A stretch of DNA of 64,000 nucleotides from Escherichia coli (GTDB lineage Bacteria; Pseudomonadota; Gammaproteobacteria; Enterobacterales; Enterobacteriaceae): NCBI GenBank assembly GCA_009729775.1, contig GCA_009729775.1_4081.1. The stretch is one strand, 5' to 3'. Shown piece after piece: positions 9,311-21,617 of this stretch. Positions within the stretch are counted from its first letter, which is position 1. Every line of letters starts with the position of its first letter. The notes beneath the pieces were generated by a model. The model was not told the origin of the DNA. It did not search any database and saw only the letters and a list, made by a program, of their open reading frames with translations. A program made the translations under genes and the position numbers.

Positions 9311-10291
9311 TTATTTGTCTCCTAAAAATTTCTTGTATTTTTCTTGGAGACTTTCAAAAATATCTTCTACTTCTTCATCAGAATCATCTTCCAAGTCAAT
9401 GTTACCTTCAGGTGAATCATCTTCTTCACTTTCATTAACATTTAGTGGGTTATCTCCTAATGCAGTGCCTGGGAATTTTGGTTCAAATTTATGAACACGA
9501 TTTTCGTTCCCTTCATTATCATAATACTCAGGTTCTGGACGATTGTCAAGATCTTCATCTACAACACGTCTCCAATAAAACTGATTGCCTTTTGCAATTA
9601 CAACAAAATGGTCACCTTCAACACCATTAGTCTTTAGTTGACCATCACGAACTGCATCAGCTTCTGTTCCATATGGACCGTAATCAGTACTGTTAGATGG
9701 TTCTTCATCTTCAGAGATACTTAGATCTGGTAGAAATTGGGTATCTTTCATTTCTTTATCGGTGGCAGGATTACCCTCTACGGAAAAATCTTCGTCTTCT
9801 TCTTCGTTAATACCAGCAAGGGATAGCATACGACTAAAATCGAATTCTTCTTCAATAATTTCTTCTTCTTCCTCATCGTCTTCTTCAACTGATTCTAGTT
9901 GAGGTTGACCACTAAGGTCAAGAGAAAAATCTTCTTCACCTTCTACACCTGGTTCTGAAAATTCAGCATCCATACTAACTTCATCTGAGTCAGCACCAAA
10001 ATCACCAACATCAGCGGAAAGATCATCAACTGCCGCTGCTAGTGGGTCTTCAACTGAAGTTTCAATTCCACCAATTTCTTCTTCAGCACCAATAGAATCT
10101 AGATCTAGTGGAGCAATAGGTGGAAGAGATGGAGTCATAGACCCCATTGATGGTACTGGAGCAGCAACAACTGGGTCTTGACGTTCAGCTTGACCAGCAA
10201 GTGCTAACATACGTGATAGTGTTTCCAAATCATCAGATTCTAAACCTGCGATATCGATTTTAACTTGTGCTTCATTAATTTTTTTAGCCAT
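9311..10291 (-). CDS. highly acidic (D/E-rich) protein, scaffold-like composition
   Basis: 326 aa with long D/E-rich low-complexity tracts; function not assignable from sequence. Confidence 0.55.
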   Translation of the reverse strand: MAKKINEAQVKIDIAGLESDDLETLSRMLALAGQAERQDPVVAAPVPSMGSMTPSLPPIAPLDLDSIGAEEEIGGIETSVEDPLAAAVDDLSADVGDFGADSDEVSMDAEFSEPGVEGEEDFSLDLSGQPQLESVEEDDEEEEEIIEEEFDFSRMLSLAGINEEEDEDFSVEGNPATDKEMKDTQFLPDLSISEDEEPSNSTDYGPYGTEADAVRDGQLKTNGVEGDHFVVIAKGNQFYWRRVVDEDLDNRPEPEYYDNEGNENRVHKFEPKFPGTALGDNPLNVNESEEDDSPEGNIDLEDDSDEEVEDIFESLQEKYKKFLGDK

Positions 10292-10313
10292 TTTAAATAA
10301 ATCCTTTTAGTTA

Positions 10314-11831
10314 TCAATCATTATTATTTAATGATTTTAAAATTTGCACTGTTTCATCCTTTTTACCTGAAAGTAAAATGTCAGCAGCAAGTAGAGAAAC
10401 CTCATCACCACGAGTTAGTAGCACTGTGATTTTTTTAGCATAAGGTGACTCTTTAATTTTAGAAGCTAATGATTGTACGTCATCACCAGCAATTGTTTCA
10501 GATTTAGTTTCTGGTTCAGAAACTTCGTCTGGTTTTTGTTCAGATTCTGGTTCTTTCTTAGGTTCTTCTTTTGATTGAATTTGCTCAGTACCAGAGTCTA
10601 CTTCAGGTGTTTCATCACTTTTAACTTCTTTATCTTGTTCATATTTGGCAAGTAATTTAGCAGCAGTTGCTTTTGGTATAAACTTACCATCAGCACTAAT
10701 GAATCTGTCACCACCAACATACGAATATTCTTTGCCTTGTTTGGATTTAACTTTTGTACCGATTTTCATAGCACCGGAATTGTTATGACGGAAAATATCA
10801 CGCTGTGCTGCTCGTTCAACACTTTTAGAAGCACTTGTGTTAAGTTGCTTTTTACTTTCGATATCATACCACAAGTTATTTTTCTTAGCGTATGTTTTTC
10901 CTTTAGAAGAAGTCATTCTATAACCGTCAGGAACAGTAATGCTTTCAAATTCTTCAATTTCTTCATCTGCTTCATTAATTGATTCTTTAGTTGCAAATAC
11001 TGGCTGTTTAGCAGGTTGTGAAGCTTGTTGTGGCTTTTCACCTGAACCAAAACGTTGCTCACTATGTTCTTGTTCACCCGTTAATGTTGGAAAATCACTT
11101 GGGTTATTCTTAACAAATTGCTGATATGCATTAATAATTGCATGTGCATTTTGTTCTGGAATTACTACATTACCATCATTATCACAAAATTCTTTACCAT
11201 TCCACTCACAACGTGTATTGCCTTGTACTAAGGTTGATTTGATTGGAATTAGTTTATTTTTAGAAGCTAACTGACGAGCAATACGCATACCTTCATCTGA
11301 TAGTTTACGGGTCATTGCTGGATCAACTGCTCGGCCTGATTTCATATCAACAAAACGGTGATTCTTTGGAACAAATTTAAAACCACTTACTTCCATACCT
11401 GCTGGAATTGATATATCATCAGCATATGGTGGAAGAATGTAAAATTTTAATGCATTCCATTCTTTTTGTAGTGTTTCTTTAGAAACATTATATACTCGAT
11501 GATCATCTGCCATTAATTCAGTGATGAATTCACTTTCAGTTAATAGAATTCCATCTTTTGAATTGAAACGGTTTTCACCAATAAATGTACACTCTTTACC
11601 TTCAACAATATATTTGTTACCAATCTTATATTCATTTGAAGCTAGATTGTGCTCGACAATCTGTTGTCGAGCACTTGCGTACATGGATGGGTATTTTCTA
11701 GGGTCTACCATTAACATATTATTGTCATTGAACCAGAATCCTTCAAGAAATACATATTTTGCACCAGTATGTGACGTATATACATATCCATTAGGAACTG
11801 TGGTAGTTTCAGTACTGAAAAAATTATCCAT
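10314..11831 (-). CDS. hypothetical protein with internal tandem domain duplication (505 aa)
   Basis: Two related segments (VPNGYVYTSHTGAKY.../VPDGYRMTSSKGKTY... and KIGNKYIVEGKE.../KIGTKVKSKQGKE...) separated by a low-complexity linker. Confidence 0.55.
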   Translation of the reverse strand: MDNFFSTETTTVPNGYVYTSHTGAKYVFLEGFWFNDNNMLMVDPRKYPSMYASARQQIVEHNLASNEYKIGNKYIVEGKECTFIGENRFNSKDGILLTESEFITELMADDHRVYNVSKETLQKEWNALKFYILPPYADDISIPAGMEVSGFKFVPKNHRFVDMKSGRAVDPAMTRKLSDEGMRIARQLASKNKLIPIKSTLVQGNTRCEWNGKEFCDNDGNVVIPEQNAHAIINAYQQFVKNNPSDFPTLTGEQEHSEQRFGSGEKPQQASQPAKQPVFATKESINEADEEIEEFESITVPDGYRMTSSKGKTYAKKNNLWYDIESKKQLNTSASKSVERAAQRDIFRHNNSGAMKIGTKVKSKQGKEYSYVGGDRFISADGKFIPKATAAKLLAKYEQDKEVKSDETPEVDSGTEQIQSKEEPKKEPESEQKPDEVSEPETKSETIAGDDVQSLASKIKESPYAKKITVLLTRGDEVSLLAADILLSGKKDETVQILKSLNNND

Positions 11832-11844
11832 GTGTTGATTCTCC

Positions 11845-12387
11845 TTAAGAAAGCATACGTAACAGTTGGTCGCGTTGCTCTGGACTTAATTTTTGTAGAG
11901 CATCAGGGATACTGGAACCTTGTGCTTTTGGTTGTTCTTGTTGTGCTGGTTGCTCAGTTGAGGTCGATTGTGATGGTTGTGATTCTGAACTTTCTTCGCC
12001 ACCTTGTTGGTCACGGTAGTCATTCATTATATCACGAGCAGCATTTAATAGAGCAGTACCTACATCTTTTGGTGTAAAAGAACGACGAGGATTGTTCCCT
12101 AAATGTTTAATATCAAGATTGTTACCTTTAAAAAACTGTGCCACATCAGCGTAAGGTACTGATGGTTGAGCTTTACCATATTTACGTCCAACATAACGTT
12201 TAAACTCTGCCCATAAGCGGTTGGCTTCAGCACCAACTTCTTGTGCACCTTGTTCAATCTGTCCACTACCAAAAAAGCCTTTTACTTTTCCTTTTGCACT
12301 ATCAACTGCACTTTGTGAACGACTATAAGGACGAGCTTCATTTAACTCATTGTCTTCATAATCTAACATTTCATTAAGTATACTCAT
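11845..12387 (-). CDS. hypothetical protein (180 aa)
   Basis: ORF in track; Q/S/E-rich C-terminal tail. Confidence 0.5.
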   Translation of the reverse strand: MSILNEMLDYEDNELNEARPYSRSQSAVDSAKGKVKGFFGSGQIEQGAQEVGAEANRLWAEFKRYVGRKYGKAQPSVPYADVAQFFKGNNLDIKHLGNNPRRSFTPKDVGTALLNAARDIMNDYRDQQGGEESSESQPSQSTSTEQPAQQEQPKAQGSSIPDALQKLSPEQRDQLLRMLS

Positions 12388-12390
12388 GTG

Positions 12391-12927
12391 TTAATCCTTT
12401 TTACCAAAACCAGCACTCATATATTGAGAGTATTTATTGTCTTTTTTCGATGCTTCAATTGCATCATCAACGGCAGTGTCTGCACGTTGTTGTCCAGCTA
12501 AGTCATAACTGTCTTCTGGTTTGCCAAAATCCACTCCAATAACTGGTTCATCAACATCATCAAAATCGATATCATCTTCCAAATCAGTCATTTCAATTTG
12601 ACGAGGTTCATCTTTACTACGAACACGAATCAATGCTTCTGTCATGCTTAGTAAATTGCCAATTTCATACATTAGTACATTTGATTGAACGCCACGATGA
12701 CATTTAAAGTCAAACATCCAAATTTCACCACAATCTAATTCATAGAAATCTAATGGTTTTTCCATAAAAATTGTTTTCTTTAGTGCTCCAATTTCAAACG
12801 CATCATAGCGATCCATTAGTCGCTGTGTTACTTTACTAAGTTGTTCAGGTGTTGGTTCAACTGCAAACTTAACTCGGTATTCATAAACTGGTTTCTTTTC
12901 AGTTAGGATTTGTTGTAATCTATTCAT
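12391..12927 (-). CDS. hypothetical protein (178 aa)
   Basis: ORF in track; tight spacing. Confidence 0.5.
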   Translation of the reverse strand: MNRLQQILTEKKPVYEYRVKFAVEPTPEQLSKVTQRLMDRYDAFEIGALKKTIFMEKPLDFYELDCGEIWMFDFKCHRGVQSNVLMYEIGNLLSMTEALIRVRSKDEPRQIEMTDLEDDIDFDDVDEPVIGVDFGKPEDSYDLAGQQRADTAVDDAIEASKKDNKYSQYMSAGFGKKD

Positions 12928-12954
12928 TTTAATAACTCCATAAGGTCGTTTAAG

Positions 12955-15062
<2,108 letters not shown>

Positions 15063-15073
15063 TCATTATCTCC

Positions 15074-15850
15074 TTAAAATCCTACACTACCAAAAACACG
15101 ATCAATGATATCTAAACCTTGATTGACATTTTCAGGTAAAAGTGAATTAATTCTGGTACTATACATTTCTTCAATGTTATCAAATTGTATACAATTATCT
15201 GGTTTGATAGTCACTACCATTTCAACTGGAGAACTTGAACTATAGTCTAATGAATCGTATGATATGTTTTGAATAACACATCCGGTTAAAACAAAGTATT
15301 CCATAACACCAGCACTGTTATAAGAAGAACCACCAATAAATTGATCTACTGCATTTACTAAGCCAGCATTATTTGTTGCAGCAGTTGCAGCATCTACTAG
15401 TGTATCTCTTCCTAGATTTTCTAGTGTATCATCTGAGTTACGACCACTCAACATCTGTATAACTAAACCAAATTTATAAGAACCATAATCTTGGTCATTT
15501 CTTGAAGTTATTCTGCGTTGAAAGTCAAGTTGTTTTTGTAGTTGGCGTGATAATGCTTTTGCTGATGCATTTCCAACTGAATCACGTATAGATATAGTAA
15601 TTGGTTCCCAATCATGACTACCTATATAGGAAGTATTAGTTGTAAATTGATATAGTTTATGAGTACTAAATGTTACAGTAGGTCTATCAATTTTATCAAC
15701 ATCTAATGCGATGTGATCACGTTCATCTATATCAGTACCGAAATTATACACAATAACACGAAACTTGTATTTTGCTTTCGGTTGTAGCATTGAACGATTA
15801 CGCCCCGATGGTAAAGGAACGCCATATTTATTAATCATGTTATTTGCCAT
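15074..15850 (-). CDS. putative tail tube protein, paralog 2
   Basis: 258 aa; clear paralog of 15945..16631 (shared N-terminus YGVPL...KQPKAKYKFRVI); position immediately downstream of sheath gene. Confidence 0.45.
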   Translation of the reverse strand: MANNMINKYGVPLPSGRNRSMLQPKAKYKFRVIVYNFGTDIDERDHIALDVDKIDRPTVTFSTHKLYQFTTNTSYIGSHDWEPITISIRDSVGNASAKALSRQLQKQLDFQRRITSRNDQDYGSYKFGLVIQMLSGRNSDDTLENLGRDTLVDAATAATNNAGLVNAVDQFIGGSSYNSAGVMEYFVLTGCVIQNISYDSLDYSSSSPVEMVVTIKPDNCIQFDNIEEMYSTRINSLLPENVNQGLDIIDRVFGSVGF

Positions 15851-15885
15851 AGCAACCTCTTTTTATTTTATAAGGCATTATACTT

Positions 15886-15892
15886 TATTTAG
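15886..15892 (-). promoter_or_regulatory. late-promoter-like CTAAATA element
   Basis: Minus-strand CTAAATA about 36 nt upstream of ATG 15850, followed by AAAGAGG SD. Confidence 0.35.
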
Positions 15893-15902
15893 CATAAAAA
15901 AA

Positions 15903-15922
15903 GCCCCGAATAGATTCGAGGC
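15903..15922 (-). terminator. rho-independent terminator between the tube paralogs
   Basis: 7-bp stem (one mismatch) GCCTCGAA/TTCGGGGC on minus strand followed by TTTTTTT. Confidence 0.55.
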
Positions 15923-15944
15923 TATATATTAAGTTTAAATAAAA

Positions 15945-16631
15945 TTAATTTTCGTAGAAGTTACTATCTGGTAGAGTAGTACTACTAATATTAGTTTGTG
16001 CACCAGAAATAGAGGTAGCAGTTGATGGATTACCGAAACCACTAACTTCATCACCGAACGCTTCGCCATTTGGACCCAATTTAGCACAACCATCTGGTTG
16101 AACTGTCATTGAAATAACTTGTGCTTCACTTGAGGAATAATCCCAATCACCAAAGTTGCTGGATTCAATAAAGCAACCTTGACATACCCAAGTACTCAAT
16201 GTTCCTTCAAACAAGTTTGTTGTATTTTCACTATTAGAACCATCAAGCTCTTGAATCCACATTTCAAATTTAAATTGTGAATCTGTCATGCGAGATTCTT
16301 GACTGTAGTAGTTAAATTCTTTACGCATTTGGTTGTATAGTGCTTTAGCAGAAGCATTACCTACAGAGTCACGGAAAGCAACATCAATTGTATCCCAAGT
16401 GTATTTCCCTTTGTAGTGTGCAGAACTGTTGTAACTATGAACAGTGACGTTTTCATGTGATACAGATACTGCCCCAACTGTATTGGTGTCTAGTGTAATC
16501 ATATTACCATCATCATTAGTACCAAAACCAAAGAAAATAACACGAAATTTGTATTTTGCTTTTGGTTGTTTCATAGAGATACGACCACCGCCAGCGAGCG
16601 GTACGCCATATCGATCAAGCATTGTAGCCAT
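15945..16631 (-). CDS. putative tail tube protein, paralog 1
   Basis: 228 aa; paralog of 15074..15850; first gene after the sheath intergenic region. Confidence 0.45.
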   Translation of the reverse strand: MATMLDRYGVPLAGGGRISMKQPKAKYKFRVIFFGFGTNDDGNMITLDTNTVGAVSVSHENVTVHSYNSSAHYKGKYTWDTIDVAFRDSVGNASAKALYNQMRKEFNYYSQESRMTDSQFKFEMWIQELDGSNSENTTNLFEGTLSTWVCQGCFIESSNFGDWDYSSSEAQVISMTVQPDGCAKLGPNGEAFGDEVSGFGNPSTATSISGAQTNISSTTLPDSNFYEN

Positions 16632-16666
16632 TTATATTCTCCTATTATGGAATGACATCTTTATAT

Positions 16667-16674
16667 TATTTATC
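16667..16674 (-). promoter_or_regulatory. late-promoter-like GATAAATA element
   Basis: Minus-strand GATAAATA about 36 nt upstream of ATG 16631; GGAG SD. Confidence 0.35.
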
Positions 16675-16821
16675 TATCTGGAAGTATATTTTTAATTAAC
16701 TAAAGTGTCATCAACAGGGAACCAATTAATATTAACACAATATAAGTATCTTTTTCGTTTAGTGTGGTCAATATAGTTTACTGATATAGACCATTTTCCA
16801 TTTGTGTATACTTCGTATTTT

Positions 16822-16947
16822 TCAATTATACCGACAATCTTCTAAATTTTTTAAAAATATATTTAGTATGTGTATTGATTCTAACTGAGTTAAAACTATT
16901 TTACTGACATCTTGTATTGTTCTTTTTAGTATTTCTTCCATATCCAT
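16822..16947 (-). CDS. possible small ORF (41 aa) in sheath-tube intergenic region
   Basis: ATG at 16947 preceded by AAAGGGA 5 nt upstream; below the 60-aa track cut-off; may be spurious. Confidence 0.25.
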   Translation of the reverse strand: MDMEEILKRTIQDVSKIVLTQLESIHILNIFLKNLEDCRYN

Positions 16948-17000
16948 AATGTCCCTTTATAACATCAATATAAAGGTATTTAATTTTAAACAATAAAAAA

Positions 17001-17018
17001 GGGAACCAAAAGGTTCCC
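17001..17018 (-). terminator. rho-independent terminator after tail sheath gene
   Basis: Perfect 7-bp stem GGGAACC/GGTTCCC, 4-nt loop, followed on minus strand by TTTTTT; 9 nt past sheath stop. Confidence 0.7.
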
Positions 17019-17026
17019 TTAGTGTT

Positions 17027-19690
17027 TTATTGAGTTTTTTCGATACGGATTGGTACGTAAATGAAGTTAATACTCTTAGTTGGTTGGATTGCAATATCCA
17101 TCCAAAGTTCATTACGGTCAATACGCTCTGCGGTATTGTTACTTTCATCACAAACTACTGCGAAGTTATAAAGACCCTGTTGTTGAACAATTTCAGCCAA
17201 GAAACTATTAACTACACCACTAAATTCCTGACGAGTACTTGGAGTATTCAAACGGAATAGGAATGGTTCGGAAATAATTTCTAGTTGACGACGAATATAA
17301 ACAACTAAACGAGCAACGTTAACACGACTTAGTGCAGAAGTTTGATTAGCAGATAGAGTTTTATCTCCATAAACAAGCAAACCACGGTTAGGACGCATTG
17401 CAATTGGGTTAATGTTGTTAGTATACATAACGTCACGTTGACCTTGGTTATATACTACTGGTTGATATTCACCTTCGCTGTTGATAAAACCAGTACTTGC
17501 AGCGTTTGTTACAACACCACGAGTTGTACCAGCAGGTGGATACCATACATAACTAACACTATCGCTATATGCATATGTACGCATTGCAATAGTACTACCA
17601 GGAACTGCAACCTCTTCACCATCAACGTTAGTACTTAGACACCAACCCATATACTGAGCAGCATAATCATAAGCAGTTGTACGACCAACTGAACCGTTAC
17701 TTGGTGCATTGTTAGCATTAGTAGCCCATTGTTGTACAGCACTACCGTTTCCGGTTGGATTCAAACGTGCTGGAACGTCAGTAACAATAAATGCAGTTTC
17801 TTTACGATCAGTGTTTAAAGTTACACATTCATCAAGTGTTTCAACATAACCAGGTACACAAATTAGGTTAAAATCAATAAATTCAGAACGAATGTCATCA
17901 TTACCAATAATAACAGCAGCTAGTGCTTCAACTACTAGTTGACGTTGTGCAGCACGACCAAATAGGCCAGCACCATCAAGACTTACACCACTAACAACTT
18001 CCCATTGACCATTAACCATTTTCTTAACAACACCTTCAGTGTTACCTAGGTCAACAGCAAGCATACCATTTTGATACAATGCCGCAGCAGGAACTTGGCT
18101 TGGGAAATTAAAGTCTTGGAAAATCATACCATTTAGTGTACTTTGGTCAGTACTGTCAAGTTTAACCCATTCACCATCAACGTTACGATAGAAATCATAA
18201 CCATCAATGCCTTGAGACAAAGGACAAACCCAAATTAAACGGTCAGCCGCTGGTTCATCAACTTGTACATATTTGTTTTCTTCTTGTACTAGATCCCATT
18301 CATCATTAGCAACATCAGCAACATACATAGTTACAGTTAGATTATCGGAGTTCCCGAAATCATACCAGAGAGTTCCTTCTTTTGCTACACTACGTGGTAC
18401 TGAATAACTAACACGGAAGTTATTAACGTTAATTAGAGAGTAGTTGTTACTATCTACTGTTAGTTTTTGTAGTTCAGATTCAGCAAAAATATCATCACCA
18501 CTTTGTGTGATTTTGAAACTGTAACCTTTTGTATTGGAAACAACTAAACCACCATTAGTTTCACGTTTAAATTTAAAACCATCGTTAATAATTTCAGCAT
18601 TTGCATTTAGATTATTGATGATAGTTTGGGTATTAATAACACCGCCTTGTGGAACTGCTAGTACTTTAACTGATTTATTCAAATAAACAAAAGTCATATA
18701 ACTATCAGCACCTGCTTGTTCAATAATAGTTTCACCAAGTGGCAAAGCAGGAGCACTAATTGTTGTTAGTTTTGCACTTTGAATATAGAAAGAGAAACTC
18801 TTACTATCTTCATCAAAACGAGATGCGATATAACTATTGTTTAGTACACCACTTTTCGCTTCAATTTCTTGGAATGAATTACCAGTATATGCTGGTACAA
18901 TATTCCAAACTTGAGTTAGGGATGCATAACGTTTAATAACAAAACGAGTACCAAAATAGTTTGAACCATTTTGGGTGTAACCATCACGAATCCAAATGTT
19001 ACCTTTTTCTACAGTTGAGCCAACTGGAACTTTGTTAATTGGTGATAGGTAAGTTTCCATTTGCACTAGCCCAGAAGCAGAACGTTTATACATTAGCATC
19101 TGACCATTGCTTGGTTTGTAACGTAGAACTAAATCATCAACATTTAAACCTACTAGACTTACATCTTCAACTTCTTCAGCACTTACAATAGTTACTGGCT
19201 TAAGTTGCCAATCATAAAAACTGCTTGGACTATCTTTCTTCGCTACATACGCTTCTACTTGTGATTGTGCGGTATCAAACCACAAAGTACCATTGGATAC
19301 TGGGCCAGTTGGTGCTTCAGCACTTGGTGCTAGTTGTGCTAGATCGATATCAGCACGAATTACATATGCACGGTTAGTAATGCCTAGATAAGAATATACT
19401 GCATGTAGGCCATATTCGTTTAGTTCATCACCTTGAACAACAGAACCGTTATTCATTTGAAAAATTGGTGTACCATAGGTATCAAGTGAACTTTTTTGTG
19501 ATGTTAGAAGCTGTAGTTTTCCAGCGTTTGCTTTAGTAGTTCCCGCAGCTATTGCACTGCTTCCTGGGACAAGTTTGTCTTCAGCAGTAGCGATTACAAA
19601 TAGTGGTACAGTGCCAGGAGCAGCAGCGGTACTCATACTTTCATCAGTTACTGAAATGGAAACGCCAGGTGAGAGTAGATCTCCTGCCAT
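17027..19690 (-). CDS. tail sheath protein (T4 gp18 family)
   Basis: 887 aa; N-terminal LLSPG motif and C-terminal block VVCDESNNTAERIDRNE...IQPTKSINFI match the T4 gp18 signature as recalled; GGAGG SD. Confidence 0.93.
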   Translation of the reverse strand: MAGDLLSPGVSISVTDESMSTAAAPGTVPLFVIATAEDKLVPGSSAIAAGTTKANAGKLQLLTSQKSSLDTYGTPIFQMNNGSVVQGDELNEYGLHAVYSYLGITNRAYVIRADIDLAQLAPSAEAPTGPVSNGTLWFDTAQSQVEAYVAKKDSPSSFYDWQLKPVTIVSAEEVEDVSLVGLNVDDLVLRYKPSNGQMLMYKRSASGLVQMETYLSPINKVPVGSTVEKGNIWIRDGYTQNGSNYFGTRFVIKRYASLTQVWNIVPAYTGNSFQEIEAKSGVLNNSYIASRFDEDSKSFSFYIQSAKLTTISAPALPLGETIIEQAGADSYMTFVYLNKSVKVLAVPQGGVINTQTIINNLNANAEIINDGFKFKRETNGGLVVSNTKGYSFKITQSGDDIFAESELQKLTVDSNNYSLINVNNFRVSYSVPRSVAKEGTLWYDFGNSDNLTVTMYVADVANDEWDLVQEENKYVQVDEPAADRLIWVCPLSQGIDGYDFYRNVDGEWVKLDSTDQSTLNGMIFQDFNFPSQVPAAALYQNGMLAVDLGNTEGVVKKMVNGQWEVVSGVSLDGAGLFGRAAQRQLVVEALAAVIIGNDDIRSEFIDFNLICVPGYVETLDECVTLNTDRKETAFIVTDVPARLNPTGNGSAVQQWATNANNAPSNGSVGRTTAYDYAAQYMGWCLSTNVDGEEVAVPGSTIAMRTYAYSDSVSYVWYPPAGTTRGVVTNAASTGFINSEGEYQPVVYNQGQRDVMYTNNINPIAMRPNRGLLVYGDKTLSANQTSALSRVNVARLVVYIRRQLEIISEPFLFRLNTPSTRQEFSGVVNSFLAEIVQQQGLYNFAVVCDESNNTAERIDRNELWMDIAIQPTKSINFIYVPIRIEKTQ

Positions 19691-19740
19691 ATTAAATCCT
19701 CCAAAAATAATTGGTTATTCGAAATATATTCGTATAGTCT

Positions 19741-19748
19741 TATTTATT
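19741..19748 (-). promoter_or_regulatory. late-promoter-like AATAAATA element
   Basis: Minus-strand AATAAATA about 51 nt upstream of sheath ATG 19690. Confidence 0.35.
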
Positions 19749-19784
19749 GAAGGATTTAATTGTCCAGTCCTTATTGTTTATAAT

Positions 19785-20411
19785 TTATGTATTAGAATAA
19801 ATAATGTCCATTGCTTTTTTATGTAAATCATCAATAGTACTGTTATTCTGTACAATTATATCAGGATTGTTTATTCCAATCCAAGCCCACTCAGATTCGT
19901 GTACTGATTCTAGTTCAACTGGTTTAATATTAATATCCCCTTTATTATAAGAGGCAGCCAAACCATACCAATGTGGTAGAACACGTTGAACTTCAATAAT
20001 AGTCCCATTATTCGATCTAATCATTTTTAATTCATTTGGAAAACGGCAATCAGTGATGATAATATTTCCATCTATGTCTTGCATTGATTTTTCTAAACTG
20101 AATACCCAAATATCATTATGAAAATACTTACGCAAAATATTAGTACCATAATTCTGCAATACCCATCGAGGGGATACATCATTACGACCTAACTTATCAC
20201 ACCAGTACTGATCCGGTTCTTCACGAATCTTACGACTTTCCTTAGTTGACCCCTCAAGCATTTCACGGTCCCATCCAAAGATGGCAGCAACTGAATCTTT
20301 TAGATTGGTTGCGAATGACATTCGTGTGTAACCATTATTAATAAAAGATTCACCAAATGTATCTTTACCACTTCCAATAGTTCCGTTAATTGCAATTATT
20401 TGTCTTCCCAT
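19785..20411 (-). CDS. deoxynucleoside monophosphate kinase-like P-loop kinase
   Basis: 208 aa; P-loop INGTIGSGKDT at N-terminus, resembling T4 gene 1 dNMP kinase. Confidence 0.75.
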   Translation of the reverse strand: MGRQIIAINGTIGSGKDTFGESFINNGYTRMSFATNLKDSVAAIFGWDREMLEGSTKESRKIREEPDQYWCDKLGRNDVSPRWVLQNYGTNILRKYFHNDIWVFSLEKSMQDIDGNIIITDCRFPNELKMIRSNNGTIIEVQRVLPHWYGLAASYNKGDINIKPVELESVHESEWAWIGINNPDIIVQNNSTIDDLHKKAMDIIYSNT

Positions 20412-20429
20412 TATACTACTCCATGTATT

Positions 20430-20699
20430 TTATATAATTTCTATTAAATCCTTTCCTACTAAACTTTCAAGTAATCCAAGAATTGACTCATTACCATAAT
20501 ATATAGAAACATAAGTAATAAAAAATGTTTCCCCATCATCATCACGATATATACTCGCCCATGCATTTATTCGATCTCTACCGATAACATCAATGATTGA
20601 ATCTTTGATAAATTTCCAGTACTTTTCAGTTGATTCATAATCAAGCGTTGGTCTACCACAACGATATCTGTTATACGTTACATTTATGTTATTATTCAT
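20430..20699 (-). CDS. hypothetical protein (89 aa)
   Basis: ORF in track. Confidence 0.4.
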   Translation of the reverse strand: MNNNINVTYNRYRCGRPTLDYESTEKYWKFIKDSIIDVIGRDRINAWASIYRDDDGETFFITYVSIYYGNESILGLLESLVGKDLIEII

Positions 20700-20775
20700 G
20701 ACAAGTTCCTTTAGATTAATATTATCATTATATCACATAATATGAAAAAAGACTCCATATAGGAGTCCTTTTAAT

Positions 20776-21567
20776 TTAACCAATAATCATACCGAGTGGT
20801 TCAGCACCATCTTGATAACGTTTCAAACGCTCTTTAAGCTGTTCTTGAAGCTGTAAACCTTCATTGCGTAAGGTATCACCATCCATAGAAAACGTTCCCT
20901 GTGGTCCAGGAAGCGATGCAAATTTAGCACGGTTACGACCCAACATAATCATTGCTTCGGATAAAGCCCAATCACGCAACCAAGGATAACTTTGCTGCCT
21001 TTGGAACAACAATGGTTCAGGAATATTATGATAGACGTGTAATAGTACTTCTTCAGTACCACGAATATCACGATCTATAATTAATTTTTTGGTCATTGGG
21101 TTAAATTGAAATATAATATCACGACCAAACATACGACCTACCAGTTCTTGGAACTGAAAACTAAAATCATATGTAGTTAGATCATATCCACCAGCATTTC
21201 GTGCTGAAGTCAATAAGTAAGTGTTGGTGAATGCTAGAGAGAACGGGTCTACTGAGTTCCCACTACCAGAACTTAAGTAACCATTACCATAACGATAAAT
21301 CTTTTTAACAATTTCAACTTCAGTTGGTAGCATATATACAGATTGTGAATCATAAAATTTCATATTTAAAAATGCTTCTTCTTTAGAAGCAGAACTCCAC
21401 GCTCTGTAATTCGATACCGCATTATCAATTGCAATTTCTAATTGACCATCAGTAATTTCTACCTCAACGGCCCCAGCACCCAACATTTGAGTGATAACAT
21501 CTTTCAGTTTTTCACGATGGTCAAAGTTAGGAGCAGCAGGGTTTCCACCCATATAATCGTAAGACAT
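20776..21567 (-). CDS. putative late-expressed virion protein (263 aa)
   Basis: Track ORF 20776..21582; start at second Met 21567 preferred (GAGGTG SD 7 nt upstream); late-promoter motif upstream. Confidence 0.55.
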   Translation of the reverse strand: MSYDYMGGNPAAPNFDHREKLKDVITQMLGAGAVEVEITDGQLEIAIDNAVSNYRAWSSASKEEAFLNMKFYDSQSVYMLPTEVEIVKKIYRYGNGYLSSGSGNSVDPFSLAFTNTYLLTSARNAGGYDLTTYDFSFQFQELVGRMFGRDIIFQFNPMTKKLIIDRDIRGTEEVLLHVYHNIPEPLLFQRQQSYPWLRDWALSEAMIMLGRNRAKFASLPGPQGTFSMDGDTLRNEGLQLQEQLKERLKRYQDGAEPLGMIIG

Positions 21568-21572
21568 AAAAA

Positions 21573-21612
21573 AGCACCTCATTAATGTTTATATACATTA
21601 TTTAGAGGTGCT
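21573..21612 (-). promoter_or_regulatory. SD-sequestering stem-loop containing late-promoter-like CTAAATA
   Basis: 8-bp stem AGCACCTC/GAGGTGCT; 3' arm contains the SD; CTAAATA (21599-21605) sits at start of loop; T-run follows. Confidence 0.45.
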
Positions 21613-21617
21613 AATAG

